Numbered from the stretch's first letter, positions 53,940 through 62,416 are shown. The stretch: DNA of 64,000 nucleotides from an uncultured delta proteobacterium (GCA_963745035.1 CAVUVW010000005.1:160001-224000); one strand, 5' to 3'. Made by a program: numbers and translations. The notes: generated by a model not told the origin, from the letters alone.

Positions 53940-53990
53940 GTTCAGATCGTTCAAGCTGTTCAAAACGTTCAACTCGTTTCAATCGTTCGC
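53940..53990. repeat. 9-bp tandem repeat array
   Basis: GTTCAGATC GTTCAAGCT GTTCAAAAC GTTCAACTC GTTTCAATC. Confidence 0.85.
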
Positions 53991-53992
53991 TT

Positions 53993-54295
53993 TCAATCCT
54001 TCGAGCTTTGATAAGCGGCGGTCTTGGGTTGTGGGCGGGGCCCTCTTTCTTTCGGCTTCACCAGGCGTCCGTGCGTGCCGTCGCAATAGGGGTGATCTTT
54101 GGAGCGCCAGCAGCGGCAGATCGCGATCGTCGTCGGCTCATTAAATTCCAGAACATGCGGCTGTATGTTTGTTCCTTCATGCGAACCATCGCAAAAAGGC
54201 GGGTTCTTTGTCCGGGTGCAGCGGCAATACGCCACGCTTTTCGAAACCTGTTTGACGATCGTCGGTTCGATCAGATCATCGTAGGACAGCGTCAT
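53993..54295 (-). CDS. Tandem CDGSH iron-sulfur domain protein
   Basis: CRCTRTKNPPFCDGSH and CRCWRSKDHPYCDGTH. Confidence 0.92.
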   Translation of the reverse strand: MTLSYDDLIEPTIVKQVSKSVAYCRCTRTKNPPFCDGSHEGTNIQPHVLEFNEPTTIAICRCWRSKDHPYCDGTHGRLVKPKERGPRPQPKTAAYQSSKD

Positions 54296-54570
54296 TTCCA
54301 ACTCCTTTATAACCTACTGGTTACTAGGCCCAATTCGGTTCTTTGTCAATTGAGCGCCCCGCGCACCGTTCTCGAGCCATCAAAATGCGGCCAAGCTTTT
54401 GAGCCTTTCTAGTGGCAGAAGCCACACCTACTTTTCCTTTCCACCTGCGATCGAAAAGCTCGCGAATCCTACCGACCTTTAACTGTGTCCACACGGTTCA
54501 TTGCTCGCTAATCGATTTGGCGCGGACAGTTTTCAACTCCGTTTTCAGATACGTAAGATTACTTGAGGGC

Positions 54571-55257
54571 TTACCCTCTCGGTACCGTCCTTCCTCTCCC
54601 CGTCCAGCGGTAAACCAATAAATAAAATGACAGTAACGAATAATTATAGAAAAAATCTTCCAGGGGAATAGTAATGAAACGCGCGCCCCAGATCGCGTCA
54701 GGGTTGTATTGCACCACCGGAAGCGCCGTGAGGACGAAATTCACAATCAGAAATGGTACCAGACAGATGGTGAGCCAAATCCAGTAGTGGCGGCTTTCGA
54801 GCAGGGGCCGGTCGAAGTACAGCGCAACGAGCAGAAAGAGCGCGCACGAGCCCAAGGCTTTCGAGGTGTAGCCTTGGTCGAAGAAGAACAGACTGCCCGC
54901 CGCCAGGATGACGACCGCGGCAAAGACGACTCCTGCCGGCATCCTCAACGTGGTGTGTTTGCTCGTCGCCAAGATTGCTTCATAAATAAACAAGCAGGAG
55001 TACGGGACCGTAATAAAAAAAAGAATCTCTTCCACGGGAAGGTTTACGACTTTGATTCCGCTGACATAATGCGGATTGAAGCTCCACTCGCCCCAGTCAG
55101 TGGCCATAATATCCCACGCGATGTACTGGCTACCGACTAAGATGATCGCGGCTCCCAGAGCGCGAAAATTGCGGTAGTAGGCGATTCGGCGATTACCTGT
55201 GGCGCAGAGCGGCCCCAAGATGATGCCGAGATTGATCCAAAGATAGGTCAGCAACAT
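54571..55257 (-). CDS. Lycopene cyclase domain protein (fused CrtYc/CrtYd type)
   Basis: Hydrophobic; two repeats WD...WSFN...LPVEEILFF and YNP...IPLEDFFY. Confidence 0.85.
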   Translation of the reverse strand: MLLTYLWINLGIILGPLCATGNRRIAYYRNFRALGAAIILVGSQYIAWDIMATDWGEWSFNPHYVSGIKVVNLPVEEILFFITVPYSCLFIYEAILATSKHTTLRMPAGVVFAAVVILAAGSLFFFDQGYTSKALGSCALFLLVALYFDRPLLESRHYWIWLTICLVPFLIVNFVLTALPVVQYNPDAIWGARFITIPLEDFFYNYSLLSFYLLVYRWTGRGRTVPRG

Positions 55258-55282
55258 TGGAGAATTCGCAAGTCGGATCGAG

Positions 55283-56797
55283 TTAAGCAAAAATTCCTTG
55301 CAGTGGCACGGAATAAATCGGTTCTTCCTGCAAACCCTGCTTGGCCACGATTGCGTTGGCACACAACAAGCCCGAGGTGAACGCCGCTTCCATGAGCATC
55401 GCCGGCGTCGGGATCTTGACCCAATCGCCCGCCAGATAGAAATCGGCGACTTCCGTTTTGAATCCCGGCCGGTTCCGGTGCAAGCTCGTGTGAAAAGCCG
55501 TGAAGTCGCGCTTGACTTGCAAATGCTCGCGCAAGATGCGCGCTGTCTGGAGATCGGGAAAGTAGTCATAGAGCTCGGCCAAAAACGCGCTCTTCAATCT
55601 CTTCTCGTTTTCCATGCCGGGCGGCAGCGCGTAGCAGTGCAGCTCATAAACCCCCCCGCCGGTTTCTTTCGCCCACCGCACCGCAGCTTTGTCAAATTGA
55701 TGATAGAAAGTTACCGAGTCGAGCACATCGCGTTTCTCGGTGATGATAAAAACGGGTAGCTGCGGGCTCGTCTGCCGCTCCAGCCAGATCCGGTAGATCG
55801 CGTAACCGTCGGATGGCCGCAGCGAGGCGAGCTCCATGTGAGTTCTTTCCGAAGCGGATTTGATCCAAGGAGAATTGACGGCGATCTGCCGCGCGCCGAC
55901 GACGTCGCAGGCTAGAATCAACGAGTCGAAGTCCCTGCCATCGACCTTGAAGCGGCCCTTTGCGTGCTCGGTATGGGTGACGCTTTGATTGAGCTCGACG
56001 GCAACGTGATGCCGAGCCAGGTGACACCGCAGGGGTTCGATCAGCGCCTCGGCATAATCGGCGTCAAAGTATTCATAGAGCAGGCCGTGATCGTGGCTCA
56101 AATAGAAAAAATGAAAACTCTTCATGAGCTCGGCCGTGCTCAGCTTGTACGCCGGAGCAAAGAACGCCCGCGCGAAAGTATGAAAAACGAGGCGGAGGGA
56201 CGCGGGGAGACGAGCGCGATCGGCGAACTCGTCGAAACTGACGCCGTCGAAGTCGCCGAAGGTTTTCTCTTCGTCGTATTTGACGAAGTCGCCCATGCGC
56301 CAGCTCGCCGGGTTAAGCAGCACGTCGCGCATCCGGTAAAATCCGTTTCGGCCCAAAGAAATGATATTGAGCACTGGCGTAGTCGCGACATTCTTGAAGC
56401 TGAAGCGTTTACCGTCCTGGGTCAGGACCAGGTAATCATCGATCGTTTTTAGGTAGCGGCTAGCGCCGATCTTTTCGAGAAACGCTCTAAGGTTGTAATA
56501 ATGGCGAAAGAAAGCATGAAAGCCGTGGTCGACGTTTTCAACGCTTCCGTCCGGGAAACGCACCGGCCAGCAGCCCGTCTTGCCGCCCAGGTAGGAATTC
56601 TTTTCGAACAGCGTCACTTGGAAACCGCGCTCACCCAATAGAGCCGCCGCACCGAGGCCTGCGAGTCCACCTCCGATCACAGCGACTTTGTGAGAGCCGT
56701 GAAAATCCTTCGGCTTGCTCGGATCCACCGCATTGACGAGGGTAACGTAGCCGTCGAGGCGCTTCTTGATATATGGCCGCAGCAATCGTTCGAGCAT
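55283..56797 (-). CDS. FAD-dependent carotenoid oxidoreductase, CrtU/isorenieratene synthase-like
   Basis: GGGLAGL, LGGK, DHGFHAFFRHYYNL, ELHCYA, LAGDWV, LMEAAFTSGL; carotenoid context. Confidence 0.75.
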   Translation of the reverse strand: MLERLLRPYIKKRLDGYVTLVNAVDPSKPKDFHGSHKVAVIGGGLAGLGAAALLGERGFQVTLFEKNSYLGGKTGCWPVRFPDGSVENVDHGFHAFFRHYYNLRAFLEKIGASRYLKTIDDYLVLTQDGKRFSFKNVATTPVLNIISLGRNGFYRMRDVLLNPASWRMGDFVKYDEEKTFGDFDGVSFDEFADRARLPASLRLVFHTFARAFFAPAYKLSTAELMKSFHFFYLSHDHGLLYEYFDADYAEALIEPLRCHLARHHVAVELNQSVTHTEHAKGRFKVDGRDFDSLILACDVVGARQIAVNSPWIKSASERTHMELASLRPSDGYAIYRIWLERQTSPQLPVFIITEKRDVLDSVTFYHQFDKAAVRWAKETGGGVYELHCYALPPGMENEKRLKSAFLAELYDYFPDLQTARILREHLQVKRDFTAFHTSLHRNRPGFKTEVADFYLAGDWVKIPTPAMLMEAAFTSGLLCANAIVAKQGLQEEPIYSVPLQGIFA

Positions 56798-56832
56798 GGC
56801 TCAGGAGAATAAATCGATGGCGCCGTCTCAGC

Positions 56833-57906
56833 TCACGCGGCATTTCCCGCTTGCCGCTGAATGAACTGCTGCACGCGGCGAATCGTGCGGTTTACTTCGA
56901 AGGGCTCGCGCTCGGGATTCTCATCGAAGGCAGCCTGTTCTTCTTCGATCATCACAGTATCCTGGCGGATAAGATTCCGCAGGAGCCTGCGGGCGACGTT
57001 GTTTAGCGCGCGCTTGATCAGCCGGCGCACAGAGGGGGGAGCCTTCTGCAAAACTGCGAACTTTGCGAGAGAGGTGTAGTGGATCAAGTAGGCGTCTGTA
57101 AGACGCTCGTTGGCCGGACAGATCAGACAGAAAATTTTGAAGTCGTCGCCCAAAGTCGCGCGCCAGTTGGGATAATCGTAGGTCACCGTCAAAGGCGCGG
57201 CGTGGAGCTTGCGCAGCCATGGAATAAAGAGCTGCAGAACGGAACCGAGATCGGTTACGCGGTAGCACGTCGTGGCGTCGTATTTCGCGGTTACCTGATC
57301 CTCCGTTTGCACGACTTCGCGCAACGCCTCAGCGGTCCACACCTGGTATCGGGCATGCAGGCGCCCGTGATACATGTCCATGAGATTTTCCACCAGATAG
57401 GAGAAATGGGCGCGGCACGTCAGGCGGGCGACGCTGTGAATTTCGTTGAGATCATCCCACTCTTCCATCAACGTAGGCGCTACACTCTCAGACCGGGCTG
57501 GATCCCCAGGGTAAATCCAGATAAAGCCGTATTTCTCGATGACCGGAAAGGATCTGACGCCACAGTCCGGCAATGTCGGTTTTGACGCCAAATGCGGAAT
57601 ATGAACGCAGCGTCCCCGAGGATCGAAGCGCCAACCGTGGTAGGCGCATTCCACGCTGCCATCGACGATCCGCCCGTGACTCAGCCGCACCAAGCGATGC
57701 GCGCAGCTGTCTTCGATCGCGCGTATGGTGCCATCGATGCGAAATAGCACGACGCGCGTTTTCCAGATTTCGCGCCCGACCAAGCGGTCTCCGATCTCAG
57801 AAGACTTCGCGATCATGTACCAACGATCAGGATTTATCCGGGCGCGTCGCAGACGACTGCTCGCGGAGTCCTGGCGCATAGGGCCTAGCGCATCTTCGAG
57901 TTTCAT
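56833..57906 (-). CDS. Rieske non-heme iron oxygenase alpha subunit
   Basis: CAHR...CAYHGW Rieske motif and ENLMDMYHGRLH mononuclear iron motif. Confidence 0.9.
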   Translation of the reverse strand: MKLEDALGPMRQDSASSRLRRARINPDRWYMIAKSSEIGDRLVGREIWKTRVVLFRIDGTIRAIEDSCAHRLVRLSHGRIVDGSVECAYHGWRFDPRGRCVHIPHLASKPTLPDCGVRSFPVIEKYGFIWIYPGDPARSESVAPTLMEEWDDLNEIHSVARLTCRAHFSYLVENLMDMYHGRLHARYQVWTAEALREVVQTEDQVTAKYDATTCYRVTDLGSVLQLFIPWLRKLHAAPLTVTYDYPNWRATLGDDFKIFCLICPANERLTDAYLIHYTSLAKFAVLQKAPPSVRRLIKRALNNVARRLLRNLIRQDTVMIEEEQAAFDENPEREPFEVNRTIRRVQQFIQRQAGNAA

Positions 57907-58053
57907 AGGTGTCCGGATTGCCTTGCTGATCGCGCGTTGCCGAGAATCTTCAAATGTCGCCCTACCAACTGCTTTGGAGCGCGGCGTCCGCAAGCTGCCA
58001 TGATTTGTCTCATTTCCTGCTAGCAGATTTCGGGATCTTGTTCTAACCGGTTC

Positions 58054-58983
58054 TCAGAGTTGCGCTGAATTGGGCGTAGGCTGCTTGCGGCCGACCGAGC
58101 GAAGAATGGGCAGCGATTTCATGATTTTTAAGACGGAGCGTTCCTTGTCCTTGACTTCGAGCATGACGTCGATATCGAGATCTTTTATCTGACGATAGAA
58201 ATCGTGGAATTTCTCCACACTTATCGACTTGGAGTGAGTGCCCGCGGGCTGCCCGGGCCACTGGTTGGAATAGTGGATTTTTACCCGCCCATCGCGCCTG
58301 CGCCAGGTCGCCGCGCTACGCTTGATGATCGCGCGCAATGAGTCTGAACGGAGCGCCGGATTCCAGCGGTGATGAAACACATCGAACACGACGGGAACTC
58401 CGATGGCTTGTGAGGCGCTGAGCGTATCAGTGACTGTGTAGCAATGCTCGTCGTTTTCGATCACGAGCCTGGCCTTGATGCGGTCATCGAGCTCCGCGGC
58501 ATTTTGGATGAACCTTTTTAGACTTTCCGTCTTGTCGCCGTAGATGCCGCCCAAGTGGATAACGGTTTTGTGCGTATCATCGATTTCCAAGGCATCGAGA
58601 AATGTGGTGTGGTAGGCGAGCTCTCTGACGCTGTTTTCCACGACTTCGCGCCGGGGTGAATTGAGGACGGTGAACTGCCCGGGATGCATCGAGACGCGCA
58701 GTCGGTTTGCGCGTATGTAGCTGCCGATGCGCTCGAGCTCAGCTCGCAATATCGTCGGCCAAGGGACCTTGTTGATCTGATGGGAGGCGAACGGAACCAC
58801 GTCCGAAGTGATGCGAAATAGCTCGATGCCGTGCGTCACATTCCATTCCAAAATCCGTTGCAGCGCGGCGAGGTTGGAAGTGGCCAACTCGAGAATCTTT
58901 TCCGAGGTCGCGTTCCTTAATCGACAAGTCCGATTCGGCGAAATCAATCGGCTGTTAATGCAGGCGTAACCAATGCGAATCAA
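58054..58983 (-). CDS. uvsE: UV DNA damage repair endonuclease UvsE (UVDE)
   Basis: IGYACIN, FRITSD, PFASH, SMHPGQF, HLGG, IENDE, FDVFHH, KIHYS, MLEVKDKE. Confidence 0.95.
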   Translation of the reverse strand: MIRIGYACINSRLISPNRTCRLRNATSEKILELATSNLAALQRILEWNVTHGIELFRITSDVVPFASHQINKVPWPTILRAELERIGSYIRANRLRVSMHPGQFTVLNSPRREVVENSVRELAYHTTFLDALEIDDTHKTVIHLGGIYGDKTESLKRFIQNAAELDDRIKARLVIENDEHCYTVTDTLSASQAIGVPVVFDVFHHRWNPALRSDSLRAIIKRSAATWRRRDGRVKIHYSNQWPGQPAGTHSKSISVEKFHDFYRQIKDLDIDVMLEVKDKERSVLKIMKSLPILRSVGRKQPTPNSAQL

Positions 58984-58997
58984 TGCTAATGCTCCCT

Positions 58998-59498
58998 TCA
59001 GTGCCCGAAGCGATCGTTTAAAATGGATTCATGCCACACTTCGGATGAAGCGTCGGGCGTGAAAAGTTTTTGCAGCGCAGCGCGACGGTGAGCAAAAATT
59101 TTCGCCAGATCCGGCGCGACGAGAAGCTTGTGAATCAAACCACCTCCCGGGACCGCGTACTCTACGTCATCCCGGACGATCGTACCGCCGTCGCCATTGA
59201 CGAAAGTGTGCTCGTGCACCCAAAGCGAGTAGGGACCTTTGATCTGGCGGTCGACGAAGCGGAGGGGCGGCTCCCATACCGCGATCTCGCTTTGCCAGCG
59301 GAGCGGAATCCCGCGCAGCCTGAGACGATAATCGAGTAAAGTTCCGCGGCTCATTTTAGTCTCGAACGAAGTGAGAATTTCAAAACGCAGCCAGGCCGGT
59401 GTGATGCGCTCGAGATTTTTTGGATCGGCGAAAAACTCAAACACTTGTTCGCGCGGTCGGGGCAGCCACAGTTCGGACTTGAGATGATGGGTTTTCAT
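58998..59498 (-). CDS. SRPBCC family protein
   Basis: VFEFFADPKNLERITP, FVDRQIKGPYSLWVHEHTF, IFAHR. Confidence 0.9.
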   Translation of the reverse strand: MKTHHLKSELWLPRPREQVFEFFADPKNLERITPAWLRFEILTSFETKMSRGTLLDYRLRLRGIPLRWQSEIAVWEPPLRFVDRQIKGPYSLWVHEHTFVNGDGGTIVRDDVEYAVPGGGLIHKLLVAPDLAKIFAHRRAALQKLFTPDASSEVWHESILNDRFGH

Positions 59499-59512
59499 TT
59501 CGATTCGTTGTT

Positions 59513-60475
59513 TCAGACGTAGTTGCGCGGTATCAGCTCCTTCGGGGCTGGATCCAGATACATCTGATCGGCGAGATACGCGACCTCGTATTTTTTTACA
59601 TAATGTTGCATCAACGTGATCGGCGCGATTAGCGGCAGGAGTCCGGTGCGAAACTCGCGGATCAATTCCACCAACTCACGTCGCTCGGCCGCCGATAGCT
59701 CTTCGGAAAAGTAGCCCATGAGATGATCCAACACGTTGGCGTGCTTCTTGGCGCTTGCGCGAACGGCCAGGCCCTCCATAAAATTTTGCCCGTATTCTTC
59801 GTACGTGGCACGCAACGAGTTCTTTCCAATTCCTGCGACCAGACGGCCCAGCCGCCGGTAGTGGCGCTCGCTATGCGCCAGCAGGAGAAACTTATGGCGG
59901 GTGTGAAAGTCGACGAGAACACGGGCCGATTTCGCTCCCGCCAGAGCGCTTTGCCAGCGATGGTAGGCGAACACTCTTTCGACAAAGTTTTCCCGCAGCG
60001 CCAAATCGTTCAATCGGCCTTCTTCTTCGACCGGCAAAAGTGGTAGGGTTTTCATTACGGTGGCGGCAAAGATCCCGCGACCGTGGCGGCTCGGCATGTT
60101 CTTGGCGTCATAAAGGCGCACGCGCTCGATGCCGCAACTCGGCGAGTTTTTTTTGAATACGTAGCCGGATAGTTTCAGCTCGGCCAGGTCTTTAGTTCGG
60201 ATTGCGGCGAATCGCTTCATTGCCATGGTCCAATCCTTACCCGAACGCTCGGCGATCATTTTCGGATCGCTCCCCGATCCGACCAGGCGCACGCTCTCAC
60301 GCGGCACGCCCATACCCACTTCGATCTCCGGACAGACCGGAACCCACTCGACAAAACGGCCGAGAGTTTGACACAGGAAGGCGTCCTGTTTATGCCCGCC
60401 ATCGAAGCGAACTTTTTCCCCTAATAGGCAGGCGCTGATTCCCAGGCGCGGCGAAACACTAAAGTTATTTTTCAT
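59513..60475 (-). CDS. ybgA: DUF523 + DUF1722 protein (YbgA/RudS-like thiouridine desulfidase)
   Basis: ISACLLGEKVRFDGGH, VCPEIEVGMGVPRE, SPSCG, EEEGRL, FHTRHK, HLMGYF. Confidence 0.9.
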   Translation of the reverse strand: MKNNFSVSPRLGISACLLGEKVRFDGGHKQDAFLCQTLGRFVEWVPVCPEIEVGMGVPRESVRLVGSGSDPKMIAERSGKDWTMAMKRFAAIRTKDLAELKLSGYVFKKNSPSCGIERVRLYDAKNMPSRHGRGIFAATVMKTLPLLPVEEEGRLNDLALRENFVERVFAYHRWQSALAGAKSARVLVDFHTRHKFLLLAHSERHYRRLGRLVAGIGKNSLRATYEEYGQNFMEGLAVRASAKKHANVLDHLMGYFSEELSAAERRELVELIREFRTGLLPLIAPITLMQHYVKKYEVAYLADQMYLDPAPKELIPRNYV

Positions 60476-60487
60476 CTGGTGTTTACT

Positions 60488-60516
60488 ATTTAAAACATTA
60501 CTGGTAATAAAGTCAA
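60488..60516 (-). promoter_or_regulatory. Putative sigma-70 promoter with a palindromic operator in its spacer
   Basis: Minus strand TTGACT-TTATTACCAGTAATGTT(17)-TTAAAT; ATTAC-TG-GTAAT palindrome at 60497-60508. Confidence 0.55.
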
Positions 60517-60553
60517 TTATACTTAACTTTCAAATGCGCATTTGGGAAGTTAG

Positions 60554-61459
60554 ATGAAAATTATCGTCACGGGTGGCACTGGCTTTATCGGATCCAAATT
60601 GGTCGACCGCCTGTGGAATCAATTTCACTCGTTGGTTCTTCTCAGCCGCAAGCCGCCGGCAGAGGTGGGCGTCACCAAGAAGCAATGGTTTGCCTGGAAT
60701 CCACCGCAAGGTGGTGAGTGGGAAAGAGCGGTTGACGGCGCCGACGGCATCATCAACCTTGCCGGCGAGCCGATCGCCGGCAAGCGCTGGAGCAAAGAGC
60801 AGAAAGAAAGACTGCGCGCAAGCCGCATCGATGCCACCCGCGCGCTCGTCAGCGCCATCGCGAAGGCGCAGGTCAAGCCCAAGTTCCTGCTGAACGCCTC
60901 AGCGGTCGGCTATTACGGCGCGCATGGCGATGAGACGCTGACCGAGGCCAGCCCGCCGGGCAGCGATTTTTTGTCCCGGCTATGCGTGGACTGGGAGGCG
61001 GAGGCGCGGAAGGCTGAAAACCACGGGCTGAGAGTCGCGACCGTTCGAACCGGCATCGTTCTCGGCAAAGGACAGGGCGCGCTCGCCAAAATGGTTCCGC
61101 CGTTCAAGATGTTTGCGGGCGGACCGTTGGGCTCCGGCAAACAATACATGCCGTGGATTCATATCGAAGATGAGATCGGCTTGCTGCTGTTTCTCAGCGA
61201 GAATGAACAGGCCCGCGGCGCGTTCAATGCGACCGCGCCGAATCCGGTCACCATGGAGGAGTTTGCCAAGGCTTTGGGCGCAGTCTTGAACCGCCCGTCG
61301 TGGGTCTCCGTGCCGCCGTCGGCGCTGGCGCTCATCGCCGGTGAGATGGCCGATATGCTGCTCACCGGACAACGCGCCTTGCCCGATGCGGCGACCCAGC
61401 TCGGTTATGTTTTCACATACTCGACGATCGGCGCCGCCTTGCAGTCACTGCGCCTTTGA
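60554..61459 (+). CDS. TIGR01777 family NAD-dependent epimerase/oxidoreductase
   Basis: TGGTGFIG, INLAGEPI, SAVGYYG, RTGIVLG, GSGKQYMPWIH, NATAPNPV. Confidence 0.93.
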   Translation: MKIIVTGGTGFIGSKLVDRLWNQFHSLVLLSRKPPAEVGVTKKQWFAWNPPQGGEWERAVDGADGIINLAGEPIAGKRWSKEQKERLRASRIDATRALVSAIAKAQVKPKFLLNASAVGYYGAHGDETLTEASPPGSDFLSRLCVDWEAEARKAENHGLRVATVRTGIVLGKGQGALAKMVPPFKMFAGGPLGSGKQYMPWIHIEDEIGLLLFLSENEQARGAFNATAPNPVTMEEFAKALGAVLNRPSWVSVPPSALALIAGEMADMLLTGQRALPDAATQLGYVFTYSTIGAALQSLRL

Positions 61460-61473
61460 TTTCGTGACAATCG

Positions 61474-62406
61474 ATGAATGAAATTCGACCACTCAGAAAC
61501 CGCGCCGAACGCAAAATTAATTCGCAAGCTTGGCAGGGCGAATATGCGCGCGCGCTCAGCGCGGGTGACGCGGAAGCCGCCAACCGGGTAATCGAAGACT
61601 TGTTGGCGCAGCGCTGTTCTCTTAGTGACATCTACTTGCAGGTGATCACCCCGTCGCTCGTCAGTATCGGCGATTTATGGTGCCGCAAGGACATCACCAT
61701 CGCGGAGGAGCATCTGGCGACGCAGTTGGTTTTGCATCACTTGGATCGGCTGATCTCGACGTTTGCGTGGCGCGATCGATTATCTTCTTACCGAATCTTG
61801 GTGGGCTGCGTCGAAGGCGAGCGCCACTGGATCGGCGCGCGCATGTTCGCGGATCTCTGTCTCAGCCACGGCTGGTCGGCGGAATTTCTCGGCCCGGACG
61901 TTCCGAACGATGCGCTGATTGACATGGTCAGCAAACGCAGCCCGCAAGTGGTGGCGCTATCGGCGACCATGCTGGTGGGCGCCGAGCAGGCGCAAGCGCT
62001 GGCACGAGCGCTGGCGACCCTGCCAAGCCCGCCGCGCGTCATCCTCGGCGGGCAGGCGATCACGGACAGCGCGATGGCGCAGTCGTTTGGTTCTGGCTGC
62101 GCGATTGCACGCGACGCGATCGAGGGCCTGGAACATGCTCTTCAATTTCTTCGCAAGCATCGTCCAAAAGTTGTTCTCAAAGAGTATCTATTGGCGCTCG
62201 GCCGCCGCGTTCGTGATCTGCGTTTAAAAAAAGGCTGGACCCAGGAGCAGCTCGCTGAAGGAGCGCGGGTGACGCGAGTCTGCATCGTGGCGGTCGAGGG
62301 CGGCAAGCAGAATGTCTCGATGGATATTGTCGTTCGGCTGGCCAATGCTCTGGGAGTGTCGCCGCAAGCTCTTTTGAACGACGGCGGCGGGACGGATCAA
62401 GTTTAG
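61474..62406 (+). CDS. Cobalamin-binding (CarH-type) photosensor fused to C-terminal XRE HTH
   Basis: W-x9-EH (WCRKDITIAEEH), ERHWIG, LGPDVP, LSAT, ILGG; then LGRRVRDLRLKKGWTQEQLAE...VEGGKQNVS...LANALGV. Confidence 0.88.
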   Translation: MNEIRPLRNRAERKINSQAWQGEYARALSAGDAEAANRVIEDLLAQRCSLSDIYLQVITPSLVSIGDLWCRKDITIAEEHLATQLVLHHLDRLISTFAWRDRLSSYRILVGCVEGERHWIGARMFADLCLSHGWSAEFLGPDVPNDALIDMVSKRSPQVVALSATMLVGAEQAQALARALATLPSPPRVILGGQAITDSAMAQSFGSGCAIARDAIEGLEHALQFLRKHRPKVVLKEYLLALGRRVRDLRLKKGWTQEQLAEGARVTRVCIVAVEGGKQNVSMDIVVRLANALGVSPQALLNDGGGTDQV

Positions 62407-62416
62407 GGAGAAGCAA

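Noticed and set aside
1332-53990. GTTCAA-containing arrays as a CRISPR array
   Set aside because: Units are 9 bp and directly adjacent, with no unique 30-40 bp spacers and no cas genes
54571-55569. 332-aa ORF as the full lycopene cyclase
   Set aside because: The first ~100 codons overlap the CrtU-like gene; the hydrophobic protein starts at ATG 55257
60476-60553. Canonical CarH operator (11-bp direct repeats) or cobalamin riboswitch
   Set aside because: No convincing tandem direct repeats are visible and the gap is too short for a B12 riboswitch
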